Source: Ylistrum balloti
Lineage: Eukaryota
DNA length: 64,000 bases
Direction: 5' to 3'
Assembly (NCBI RefSeq): GCF_031769215.1
Contig: NW_026782739.1
Span: 62,001 to 126,000, forward strand
Below the pieces are notes generated by a model, which worked only from the letters and a program-made list of their open reading frames with translations, was not told the origin of the DNA and did no database searches. Both the position numbers and the translations under genes were made by a program. Below are positions 50,390 to 63,391 of this stretch, one piece after another; positions within the stretch are counted from its first letter, which is position 1, and each line of letters begins with the position of its first letter.

Positions 50390-51106
50390 CCTCATGTTGT
50401 TTAGTGATCCTAATTACAACCCGACACCATTCACAACAGCGCGGAACAGCCCGGCACGGAGATAAAAAGCGGTATATATTCAGTACGTCTCTAACTAGTG
50501 GGTAATGTTGGGATACACATTGAAACCAACTACCCTGGGCTTTTATTTTCATTTTTATATCTAAGTTACAAATTACTTTTTAAAGATAAAATATACTGTA
50601 ATTGTGTCTTGTTTCATGCCGATTCTTCTGTTTCGGCATATTAAAAAGCTTTTATCTGAATGTAATCGACTAGTTTAGATGGTACCCTGCTGTAATTAAT
50701 ATTACTTCAGGTTCGCCTTTGTATTGTTTGTCGTAAACCTTCTTTCTTTCTGTCGAATAAAAACAAATACATAGCTTTGTTTAAATCTCACCATTTTTTT
50801 GTATTCTTTTCCGTGTTAATACGATATCTACATGCATAAAATGCTATAAACATCAAAAGGATATATTTACTTTTTACGACATCCACCACACCACGTGACA
50901 TTTCGCCATTTCTAAAACGAAACAAAAACACAGCTGACGTCTTGGGAAATGTGATGGGGAAACTAACTTTCTGTCGGGCTAAACAACAAGGTAGCGTACA
51001 GCGTCATTGCTTTTAAAACCCTCTGCAACAGTTGACAAGAATGTTTGCAGTTACAAACTTATGGCTGAAATTATCTGATTATCTGGCAAGTTTCATTATG
51101 ACGTAA
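50390..51106. promoter_or_regulatory. Probable bidirectional promoter and non-coding first exons of POLG (-) and JMY/WHAMM (+)
   Basis: Locally CpG-rich. E-box CACGTG 50892-50897, YY1-like CGCCATTT 50904-50911, CRE-like TGACGTCT 50935-50942 and TGACGTAA 51099-51106. Candidate minus-strand donors at 50389 (GTGAGG) and 50791 (GTGAGA), and a plus-strand donor at 50991. Upstream acceptors at 48507 (POLG) and 52591 (JMY/WHAMM) show that both genes need a further 5' exon. Confidence 0.55.
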
Positions 51107-52719
51107 TTCTGAAAATACGTATCTTGTCATTTAACCATGGTTATGCATTACTGGTGGTTATATACCGCTCTGCTAGAGAGAACATATATTTAGCTTGATG
51201 AATTTAGTATTGGGTTAGCATGAATCGGTCAATGCCTTTAAAGAGCGAAGCTTACATGCCACAATGATATTCTTGGTTGAGAATATCAAGAAAGTAAACA
51301 CAAATTTTGGTTAACTGGTTAGTACTTCAAAAAAAAAAAAAAAAAAAAATTGACGCACTACAGCGAAAAATCGATCAATTATTGTTATGCTGATATTTTT
51401 GTGTTTCTGTTTATGTTTAAACGTCATGATATTTGTAGGCGTTATACACCTAGTACTTGGCTTGGCATTGTAGCAGAATACTTGGAGGAACAAAGAAATT
51501 TTGAAAATCAAGGAAGTTCAGAGCACCTATGCTCCATGCCCTCCTCTCTCAGATGCTCCATACCTTTCATTTTCCGAAAGATCTATTTTCAGATGGATCA
51601 AGTCCTGGATGTAAATGAAACCTGCTAGTCTTACACATGTTACTGGTATGGAGCTTCACTCTGACGCCTGTAGAGCTTTGCTCTTATTAAGCCAGAGGTT
51701 CCAGGACCAAATCCTAATGAAGGCGTTTGACACAAGTCAAAGCCTCAGCTGTTACTTCATTTGTGAGCTGAAATAACTTATAATATTTATCGTCTTGGTT
51801 TTATATTTTAAGTTATTATAGTCATTAATATGGCCTGTGCATTGCATAAGGACATAATTTTCTTGTCATTGAGGTATTTGATACCCAGTTGTTTCGATAA
51901 GAGCAACATTAGCAAAATGCTGGTCATTATATGGACACCTGCCTCATTTAGCATTAAATTTTTTATATTCGTTTTCATTAGTCTATATAACAGAAGATTT
52001 TTGCGTGCACATATATATGAAAAAGCATTGCAATTAGCACAATTGTCATTCAGTAACTGGCACTGCCATTGTCAAAATACACATGCTACACATATTTTTA
52101 CTGTATTCAGCGGTGACACAGAACAGCTGTATTTTAATTCATGCATTAATTTGACATAATACTTTCAATTTATCACATTTGAAAATATAAATAGATGTTT
52201 GAATAAGCTGATCTATTGGTTGTAGCAAATAAGTTACTTATAATTCATAAAATTGCTTGTTATATTTGTTGAAATGTGGAACTATGTTTCCTGCTGAGCA
52301 ATTTTTTTTGATGTCATCAGGCATAATTCAGGGTAATTTCTACATCAGGTAAACAAGGATTAAAATAATTTAAGCGCTGAAAATCTGAATTTTCAAAGTA
52401 TTGCAGGATACATGGAATACATTTACATGTGTCTTGAAATGTAAGCTAAATTTTAGCTTGGAACTGGCTTACCACATGCTCTAAATACATACAGCTGTAA
52501 GTTGGAAATGTTGAGGTCTGTTGGAAGAATGATCTAAGTGGCCCTTTATTTGTTAGCATTCATTTAACTTACCTGTTTTAATTTATTTCAGAAAGTATGG
52601 AGAAAAAAGAACAGGTATTTGGTGATGTGTAAGGATCTGACAAGAATGCATTGACAACAGCAATAAAGGGGAATCCAAATACCCAACTGTTTCGGTGCTA
52701 AACAATTACCAGACTAGAT

Positions 52720-55700
52720 ATGGATGAGGTAGATAGTCTGGAGGGATGGGTAGCTGTCAAAGACAGCCCCTTTACTGACGCGATGATCCCTCCCCGCATG
52801 ACATTTTTGGTGTGCTGGAATGATGTGTGCAATAAAGTAGCAGTCACATGTCGTCTTCATAGCAGAGTGGTTACTGACGATAATAACCGTGACAGCCGTA
52901 CAGGCATATTCAGCATGCAAGAAGTAAATGCCATCCACGAATTGCTTTGTCTTATTCATCCATCCCTCCACAGTTATCTCCCTTACCTCCCGGAAGAGTC
53001 ACGCAGTGTTTGGGCATATCTAGGCTACCAGGAACCGCCTATAGACTACCAGCTGGTATGTAAACAGTTAGAGGAATATTTCACTATTGCCTTAGAAGTT
53101 TGTAAGGAGAAACTCCTCATGTCTACATTGTTTGAAGAACATTCCTCAGAGGAATATTTTGAAAACATAAGTGAACTTCGTCGTCAAGGTTACTTGGATG
53201 AAATAGCTAGAGCTGAGGATGAATTGGAAACTGTGACTTTTATGAGGAAGAATGCCACCAACATGCATGAAATGGGGGATGTTTATCAACAAGAAGATGA
53301 TGCCATGTTCAGGTTGAATGTAGCATTATCTACTTATTACAATTATCTGTTACAACCTTTCCTTGATCTTCGCGAGATTGCTTACACAAATGTGACAGAG
53401 GCTAAAAGCTACCTTCAGAATCCTGATGTGGGTGATCGGATCAAGCGTGAATATGGTGCCATGTTTACAGAGTGGCAAGGATATTATGAAAATGCTTTGG
53501 ACAACATCCAAAAAACATATGTGGAATATTACTCGAAAACCTGCGGGTTTTATCAAGGTAATTACATATGATATAGATCCATTAACTGCAGGTAATTTTC
53601 TTAAACTTAAAGATTTTTAGCTCTGAAAGTTAGATCAAAACATTGATCCATAAATGCTGAATTATATGAAATCTTATATGAAACATCTGTTTCCATGTTT
53701 CAGCTGTTGTCAACAGGATGTTACATGATGAAAAACAATTTGGTCAAACATCTTTCGAGCTTGTTGGCCGGGAAAGACTTTTGAGGTGAGCATTATCAAT
53801 TGTAAATACACTGTTTACTTTGCAAAATTATTCTTGTCTGTTCTACAGTCATGAAAAATATCAAAGTTTGTTTTTCACCCTCTGGATGAAAATACTGCTA
53901 TTAATCATCAAGAAACATGAAATATCCTCTCTATCCTGTGATAAATAAGTATCGTTGCTGTATTAGGATACAGGAAGATCTGAGTCTAGAAAGGCTGCAG
54001 ATGCTGCAGAATGAACGGAAAACATTTGTACAGGAACGAGACAAGGTCAAAGAGGAGATCGCAAGTATTGATGAACATCTTGGTACTGAAGGCCAGCTGA
54101 AACGTCTGGAGGAGCGAGTATATTCATGGCAAGTGTCTATCTACACCCAGCAGCTGAGAATTCTAGAGGAAGAGGACAGGCTTGCCAAGACACAATTATC
54201 TGCTATCACACGACAGATAAAAGGTAATCATGCAATAAGTTTCATGGGAGTTCTGCTGTGGTGGTCACTGAAGTTTCTGCTGCGTCATAAAATACTGAAC
54301 AGTTAGTAATTCCTTACATTTGTAGCCATTCAACGTACTCAGAAGTTATTAATACCATGGATCAAATATGGTTTTTGTGAATTTATACTCTAGATTAAAT
54401 GTGATTTTCTTGAATAGATATTATATGCACATAATATTTACCCCTGGCAGACACCAATATAGATTTCGTCAGAGCTGTCAGATGCAAATTTGAATGCATG
54501 ACAAGAAAGTTTATCCAGGTCAGCTTTGTTGCCATACAGGAAAGATTTGTTGATGTTAGCATGAGAGATGTTAAATACTATTCTGAATAATTTGATTTGG
54601 TTTAAAGACAAGGAGGATGAAGTAGTGTTCTATGATGCTGTTGAGGATGTGAGGGAGCTCAGTCCTGATGAAAGTGGATGTCCGGGGAAACAACTAGACC
54701 CAAGAGTCGTTAAGATTAACACAAAGAGGATGAACATCCAGAAACGACGAGCGAAGATTAGGAATATGAAGGTAAGAAAATAAACACAGAGATGAAGTAT
54801 CCAAAAAATGTACTTGATCCAATAAATAGATAAGATCTACACTAACATATGCACATTTATCGTAAATTTCTAACACACATAAACATTTGTTTTATATATA
54901 AATTAAACAGAAAATAGTGCATGAGGAATACCCTTACCTGTATTTCAATTTCCAGGTGTAAAATTTGTGTTGTATCTGATGCATTGGGTAAATAGTTTCA
55001 GATTTAAATAGTTTCAAGATTTATTTTCATACCTACATCCATGTTTAGTTGGTCCAAACAGGAGAACTAGTTATGGCATCCTCAAATCTTAACATGATAT
55101 GTACACTTTTAGTAAAATATAAAAGCAGATGTTGACAAATGTTTCCCTGTGAAAAATATAGGATGGTATAGCCACTTAGTCCAATGTTTTTTGTTTATTG
55201 TAGTGTAATGTATTCATTCCTTTATGTTCTAAATTGTTGACATAATAATTCAGCCTAAAACATACTTCATCGTTTTTTTTAGACCATTGAAGATTATTCT
55301 AAAGCATCAAATTGTCCCCCCTTTTCATTGTTTTTTTTATAGCCAACTTTTGCAATGCAGAAAAAAACAGATCAGCACACATTTGATATGTTTCATTAAA
55401 GGCAAAAATGAAGACAAATCCGCACAACCTGAATTGCTTTGTATAAGCCTTTCAGAAAATAAAATTATTTCAACATGTCCAATCTTATTTCACTATTGAA
55501 CAACCGAGGTATAAAAGTAGCTAACCTTATGAAATTGGCCGTATTTACAAATAGTGTTTGTATGGAGGTGATTCCTGTTATGTCAGTGTAGCTGAATCTT
55601 GCACCCATAGATAGTATAATACAAAAGATGTGTTTTTTCTCAACAGACAAATCTTGAATCAAAAAAGAAGGACAAAGATCAGAAAAGAATGGAGGAGATT

Positions 55701-58330
55701 GACACATTTCAACAACATCATGCAATACAACTGGTAAGTCAAGCTCTCTTAATCATTTGTGTTGGTGTTTGTCTTCTTTTTTTCTCATAAACTGTTGGGT
55801 AACATTGGAACTTAAGTTCATGAGTTGGTTTATTATCGTTTTTTTTTTCATTTATTAAAACAGTTGATAATGGGTAGTGTTTTGGGTGAATCAAGGCTCC
55901 TTCTTATAATTATTGTTGCAATTTGGCTCAAAAATGATTTCACATTCAAGAATGGATTTGTGAGAAATATTTGCAATGGATAACAAGATATTTGTAAAAG
56001 TAAGGAAAACAGATTAAATGAAATGTTGTTAATTGTACTTTCAGAAAAGAGATCAAAAGAAAGAAGTGGAGAATAAAAAACAAGACTTTGTGCAGGAGCA
56101 GAGGAGGAAAGCAATAGATAGGATTAAAAATCACAAATTTGTAAGTGCATACATGTAATTGTCAGTATGTTAAGAATGTAAAGTTTGTGTATGTACATTG
56201 TAACTGTCAAGAAGATTGAAAATTATTAGAATTTTATAAAAAGCTTACATGAGGCTTCCTTGCTTGTAATTCATTCCATAAAACAGTATGTGGACAAATC
56301 ATTTGTACCAGGATTCTTCTCATTATTATTCTTTCTTCTGCTGCTTTCTACCACTTTTCTCCAAAACTTTAAGTTAGATCTTTGCACTACGTTGAGGATT
56401 TATCACTGATGTTCACTAATTGCACAAGTAATTGCAGTTTTATGATTTGGCAAGATAGTCACCATTTTCTGGTCCCTGATTTCCTTATACCTTTTCACTC
56501 ATCACTTTTGTTTTATTTTGCATATTAAGATGAGAATTGTTGGAAATAATAAGGATAGCACATTCTCTACGATAGTGTAGCAAAAAATGACATGGTCCAT
56601 TAAATAGAGGCTTCTGATAGGTTGAAGTTGAGATATTGTCTGATTTTAGTGAAATTTGGCATGTTGTTAAGTATGATATCTGAAAAACAATGGTGACTTC
56701 TGTTTTTTCATAAGACAAAATGGTTGACCAGGGACATATTCAAAAAATTCATTTTTATTGGTGTATGTCAGGGTTCCCTGCAAGTCAAGTTTGAAATTTT
56801 CTAAGAGGTACACCAGCCTGTTTTGCAGACTGTTATTCCAAATGTTGAAGTACTTTCATAAGCATCATTCACAACTGAAGAGGTAGTTTAGGGAACTTGT
56901 GTAACAGGTATACTTATTTACACTTAATTTACTTGCAATTTTACAGAAATACCCAACACCAGAGACAATTAAACCTCCACGTTACCAGCCCCCTAGTAAA
57001 CGAGCAGCCGCTGGAAGTCTAAAACCTGATGAGGAGAAACAGTCATCAAACATTAATGCCAATAAGACATTTGTGAAAGTGAAAGAAAAGCCACTAACAA
57101 ATTCTCAAAAGACTATCAAACTTCCATCCCCAAGTCAACAGCCACCGAAGAAAACTTGGTCCAATCGTCCTAAACCACAGCCTCGTCGATCATTATCACA
57201 AAACAGAGGTGATTGTGTGGATGGGGATATCCCTGTACATATTTATGTATCGGGTGAGGCAGATGATGACAATTATCCTACTAGGATTCCACAGCACCCA
57301 CCAACAAACACTGCACCACCACCTCCACCACCACCAGGTGGCGCTCCACCCCCACCCCCTCCTCCACCACCACCTCCCCCACCACCTCCCTGTCCACCCC
57401 CTCCAACAGCTTTACCTCTTTCTTTCAAAAAGAGTTCGCCAACTAAACCCAAAGACAAGAAATCAGGAGATTCTGGGGCACCTCTTGATTTAAATGATAT
57501 TGTTGGAGGCCTTGAACGACTAAAACCATCATCTGAGAGAAAATATACACCCAAAGCTAAAACTGGTAAGTTCATGGTAATTACAATACATACATCTGTG
57601 TACCAGCTGGTAGCCTCAAGTATTTCAGGCCAAACAATCAAAATACTTGTTTTTAAAATATAGCTGTCGTGTGACATACATCACAATAGCCTTCACTCAA
57701 GATAACTTTTGATATGTTTACTCTTAAACTATTGATTATTACATAATTAGAAATTGAAAATAAAAAGGAATATTTGGTCAACATTGGCTGTCAGTTTATT
57801 ATGAGTTTAACTGCTTCAGTCAAATTAAGATCAAAGATAGAACTTGCTTGGAATAAAAACATGTTAAAAATAGAAATAGGATTTACATAAAGTAATATAT
57901 CTATTGTAGTAAATGTTTTGTATCTTACTGAAGAAGATGATTGAAACAAGGTCAACATTAATTATTAAACAACTCTCTGCAATGCTTCATATTTATTCTT
58001 GTTTGACAAGTATTTTCAAGTCATACAATAAAAGGTGATATCACATCCTTTGCTTGCTACTCTGAAAATTGAAAACAAAAATCAAATATTGTTACAATAA
58101 ATAATTTTACAGATGGAGGGACACCGATGTCACAGATCTTTGGAATGATTAAACTTGGTGTAAAGTTACGGCCAGTGTCGGATGACAAGCGTCCACCAAA
58201 AACGGACAAACTGGACACACCAAGTGACAGACATATACGACTTCTCCAGGAAAGTCTGAGTCGCATCAACCATCTGACTCGGGAAGACACACCTGATTCT
58301 GACTCAAGTGATGAGGAAGCTTTTGACTAA
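52720..58330 (+). CDS. JMY/WHAMM: JMY/WHAMM-family actin nucleation-promoting factor (junction-mediating and regulatory protein-like), 8 coding exons, ~786 aa
   Basis: Exons 52720-53557, 53704-53785, 53967-54223, 54608-54771, 55647-55733, 56045-56140, 56947-57565, 58113-58330; GT-AG, phases consistent, 2361 nt. N-terminus DSLEGWVAV...FLVCWN..KVAVTC, YQQEDDA..YLLQPF.DLREIA, DEVVFYD, QQHHAIQL and GDIPVHIYV match my recollection of human WHAMM/JMY. Followed by coiled-coil, polyproline, two WH2-like motifs (LNDIVGGLERLKP; IFGMIKLGVKLRPV), a central helix (LLQESLSRI) and an acidic tail. Confidence 0.93.
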
Positions 58331-59203
58331 AAAGGACAAATCATTTATAGTTTTGAATTCTTTTACAAGTTGAACCGTAATGCCTTGCATTGTCTCTGTA
58401 TAGACTAAGGGATTGGCAAAATGAACACTCATGCTGACAAAGACATTTTGACAGTAACAATTAAAAGGCAACATTTCTCACCAAAATCTGCAGATTCACT
58501 TACAAACATGTTATGGAGACAAAACTGGGCAAAACTCTATTTAGAAAAGTTTGAGTAATGATTTTGCTTCAGTGGGGATATTAACATTCTATTGAGAATC
58601 CTTATGTTTAACACTACTAGAGGAACAGAACTAGAGTTCTTTTTTTTATCACCGTTGACTTTGGCCGTTGTAGCAAAATGGCATGCACTCTAGATCACCA
58701 CTTCTTCTTTCTTTATTTTTTTCGGGAGGTAGGGAGGGATAGCTAAATCTCTGAGCGGTGTTTGTCACAAACTGTCCAGTGATGTTGTTGTTATGTTCTG
58801 GACTAAGACACCTTACCTTAATTTTTCTTGAAATGATTGTAGCATAATGTTCAGTAATGTTCAGTAACTAGAAGGAATTTCTGCTTCAAAATGACTGAAC
58901 ACTGTTCATTACAGAACTGTTATATTTACACTACAAATAGTTGTTCAAGTGTGTGAGGGTGTGCAGGTGAAATAAACATCAACAAAAATATATATTATTC
59001 CCAATTACACAATGCTGTAGCAAATGAACCATGCCATTTATTTATAAACATATATATTCTCATTAATACCTTGAGGGATTTCTACAATGACTTCTAGTCT
59101 CTGACTGAGGTTCTATATCATCTCATTCCTTGCTGGCTTCCAATTAGATTTCGTTACTATAAACTTTATGTATTTTACAACAATTGCAAAACAAGTTATG
59201 TCA

Positions 59204-59398
59204 ACTTATACTGATCACTCTTGTTGGCCCGGATGTAAACGCGCGAGGGGTCTTATTGTGGGAGGAAACCAGAGTACCCGAGGAAAACCCACATGGTCGA
59301 GCAGGTGACCCCTTACCTTTTCATGTCCATTCCGGGAATCAAACCCCGATCGGCTAGGTGAAAGGCGAGTACATTACCACTGCGCCACCCGACTACCC
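59204..59398 (-). mobile_element. tRNA-derived V-domain SINE (BivaV-like)
   Basis: Minus strand: A-box GGTGGCGCAGTGG, B-box-like GGTTTGATTCCC, then GTGGGTTTTCCTCGGGTACTCTGGTTTCCTCCCACA, which matches the V-SINE central domain consensus as I recall it. Confidence 0.8.
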
Positions 59399-60822
59399 TA
59401 AATTAGATTTCATTACAGAGTATCAACCCTGGACCAAGATAAATCAATATCAACACCTACAAGTAACAGATTCTATTAGTCTTGATGAGAAATTGAAACA
59501 TCATATGATATGTCTGTGTAAAGATCATGGTTGAAACAAGATTTTACAAAGTGCTACCTAACTCTGATACATTTATTCTGCTAATCAGGTACAGTCTTTG
59601 CTCATAAAAACAAAGAATGATTTTACAAGTATTTGAAGGTATGAATCCAAGTAATTATGTGTGTTTTATATTCAATAGTGAATTGTGTTAAAGTTTGTCC
59701 TCCACTGTATATATACATGCATTAATCATCATATTTGACAGGATCTGTTGTAGCATGGTATGTTTTGTCCATCTATTATTTTTTTTGTTGAAATATGACG
59801 AAAGAAAAATGATGTCCACAAGTGTTACGTTCTTGTTTATTGATGTTCAACATTTACATGAAAGGGTTAGCTATTTTTAGTTCTGTGAAGTACAAGAGAG
59901 AGCATCATCATTAGAAGTTACATTGTATGTAGTGATAATGCCTGTTTTTTCACTATAAGTATACTCCTGTCTTTCATTTCAAAGACATACAGTCTTGTCT
60001 GTATGTTCATGTCTCTGCAATATTGTTTGAAATGTGTGATATTTCAGGTTTAAATAGAAGATTAAGTGTATTGGTTATTGACATGATTGTGAATTTGTTG
60101 TATGTTAAAGAGTTCAGAGTTTGATAACTGATGAAATTTTATTTCCCGTAGTAGGGATTTCAGACAATAGAATAAGTAAACTACATAAAATGTGAGACAA
60201 ACATTTTACTTATCATCATTGATCATGCTTGGTTATATCAGGAATGTCTGAATTATTCTGATGTTCCATCAACTTTTTATATTGGTTTTTAATCGACTCT
60301 AGGCTGATTGAAATAAAGGAATGATTCAGACTACAATATCTGATGATTATGTTTACCCAGATTGATTATTGAAGTCAGTATAACAGTGTCTTGTTCTATA
60401 AATAATACATATTTCTATTACTGAGTAGAAGCATTTACCTACCAGAATATTAATCATGATGTCCAGGATAGTTTGGACACCTGTAAAATTTGTTACAAGT
60501 TTGGATTTTAATTATGTAGTTCAGGAAGGCATAGATTAAAGCTTAAAATGAAAACATCAACTTATTGTTACAATTGAACAAATCAGTTTTACTTTTATGA
60601 ACAATCCTTCAACAGTGATATGTTATACTTGATATATTGAGAGAAGACACTGCATCAATATCACACAAATTGTACCTCTTATTCAACAGGGAGTACAATC
60701 TGATTACTTCAATGAGGACTTTGAAATAGATTTTAAATTAATTTATTATGTATATAGTTATTAAATAAATAATGGATTGTGAAATAAATTATCAATGTTA
60801 ATTATGCAGTTTTTCCTTATTT

Positions 60823-61640
60823 TTAGGTTAACCGAGATAAAGTCTTGTGGTGACCAGTTGTGATCGCCATTTGTACATCTGTGAACATTTTTCAGCTTCT
60901 CAAAAATCCATGAACTTTTTCAGGAAAATTTGGCAGAAACCTTCTCTGGTCAAAGATGAACCAAAATAGGGAAAAATACAGTTCCCACTGAATAGGGGCC
61001 TGAGGGGTGGGGCCAAAAGCAATCAGATTGACTCAAATTTCAAAAGTTTATCTCTGGGGAGGGTTTGAAATTAACTATAGTTCATACAGTTTTGAGAATA
61101 ATTTGTTCAGTTTCCAATGGCAATACTTCAAATTTGGTGAGAAAAGGATGATGGCTTGATATGCACTTACTGATCCTGGCTGACCCCCAGATGCTGAAGG
61201 GCGGGCTGAAAGGGACTCAAAAATCTTCTTAACACACAGTTATGGTAGAATCAAGGGCTTTTCATGGATTGAAGCATCTTAAGGTGCTTTACTATAACCC
61301 CAGGGTCTCGCATTCCCCCATCCCCCCTCCTACCCAGAGGGAGGTGGTAAAGTTTACTTAGTTAATATAGGAAAAGTACATTTTTGAGCATAATTTGATT
61401 TCCATTGGAAACATTTCAAGCTTGGATAAAATTAGTAGTATAGGATGACACCTTGATAGTATGCACATATTGATCCAGACTGACCCCCGAGGGCTTATAG
61501 GCAGGGCCAAATACATTGACATATTATTTTTGAAATCTACACCAAGATATGATACAGATTTGTAAGAATTATTAGGAAAGAATGACAGTTTTGATGATAT
61601 GCATATATTTACACTGGCTGACCCCCTGTTGTTCAAACAC
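60823..61640 (-). mobile_element. HINE remnant
   Basis: T run plus a degenerate hairpin GGTTAACCGAG...GTGGTGACC at its left end, and recurring CTGGCTGACCCCC blocks like those at ~28330-28350. Confidence 0.4.
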
Positions 61641-61661
61641 CTTAGAGTTTGTGTAGTATTA

Positions 61662-63391
61662 GACATCCACATGGCTGCCTATGTGATACCCGACATCCAC
61701 ATGTCTGTCCATGTGATACCCGACATCCACATGTCTGTCCATGTGATATCTGACATCCACATGTCTGTCCTTGTGATACCTGACATCCACATGTCTGTCC
61801 ATGTGATACCCGACATCCACATGTCTGTCCATGTGATATCTGACATCCACATGTCTGTCCATGTGATATCTGACATCCACATGTCTGTCCTTGTGATACC
61901 TGACATCCACATGTCTGTCCATGTGATACCCGACATCCACATCTCTGTCCATGTGACACCCGACATCCACATGTCTGTCCATGTGATACTCGACGTCACC
62001 ATGTCTGTCCATGTGATACACGACATCCACATGTCTGTCCATGTGATACCCAAGATCCACATGTCTGTTCATGTGATACCTGAGATCCACATGTCTGTCC
62101 ATGTGATACCTGAGATCCACATGTCTGTCCATGTGATATCTGACATCCACATGTCTGTCCATGTGATACACAACATCCACATGTCTGTCCATGTGATACC
62201 CGACATCCACATGTCTGTCCATGTGACAGAACCGACATCCACATGTCACAAATCTGTCCATGTGATTCTGACATCCACATGTCTGTCCATGTGATATCTG
62301 ACATCCACATGTCTGTCCATGTGACACCTGACATCCACATGTCTGTCCATGTGATACACGACATCCACATGTCTGTCCATGTGACACCCAACATCCACAT
62401 GTCTGTCCTTGTGATACCCGACATCCACATGTCTGTCCATGTGACACCCGACATCCACATGTCTGTCCATGTGATACCCGACATCCACATGTCTGTCCAT
62501 GTGATACCCAACATCCACATGTCTGTCCATGTGATACCCGACATCCACATGTCTTTCCATGTGACACCCGACATCCACATGTCTGTCCATGTGATACCTG
62601 ACATCCACATGTCTGTCCATGTGACACCCGACATCCACATGTCTGTCCATGTGATACACGACATCCACATGTCTGTCCATGTAACAGAACCAACATCCAC
62701 ATGTCACAAATCTGTCCATGTGATACCAGACATCCATATGTCTGTCCATGTGACACCCGACATCCACATGTCTGTCCTTGTGACACCCAACATCCACATG
62801 TCTGTCCATGTGATACCCGACATCCACATGTCTGTCCATGTGATATCTGACATCCACATGTCTGTCCATGTGACACCCGACATCCACATGTCTGTCCATG
62901 TGATACACGACATCCACATGTCTGTCCATGTGACACCCAACATCCACATGTCTGTCCTTGTGATACCCGACATCCACATGTCTGTCCATGTGACACCCGA
63001 CATCCACATGTCTGTCCATGTGATACCCGACATCCACATGTCTGTCCATGTGATACCTGACATCCACATGTCTGTCCATGTGACACCCGACATCCACATG
63101 TCTGTCCATGTGATACCCAACATCCACATGTCTGTCCATGTGATACCCAACATCCACATGTCTGTCCATGTGATACCCGACATCCACATGTCTGTCCATG
63201 TGATACCCAACATCCACATGTCTGTCCATGTGATACACGACATCCACATGTCTGTCCATGTGATACACGACATCCACATGTCTGTCCATGTGACACCCAA
63301 CATCCACATGTCTTTCCATGTGACACCCGACATCCACATGTCTGTCCATGTGATACCTGACATCCACATGTCTGTCCATGTGATACCTGAC
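61662..63391. repeat. 30-bp minisatellite (~57 copies)
   Basis: Monomer GACATCCACATGTCTGTCCATGTGATACCC; yields repetitive ORFs in nearly all frames. Confidence 0.95.

Noticed and set aside
57273-57677. Gly-rich 134-aa minus-strand ORF
   Set aside because: Antisense shadow of the JMY/WHAMM polyproline exon.
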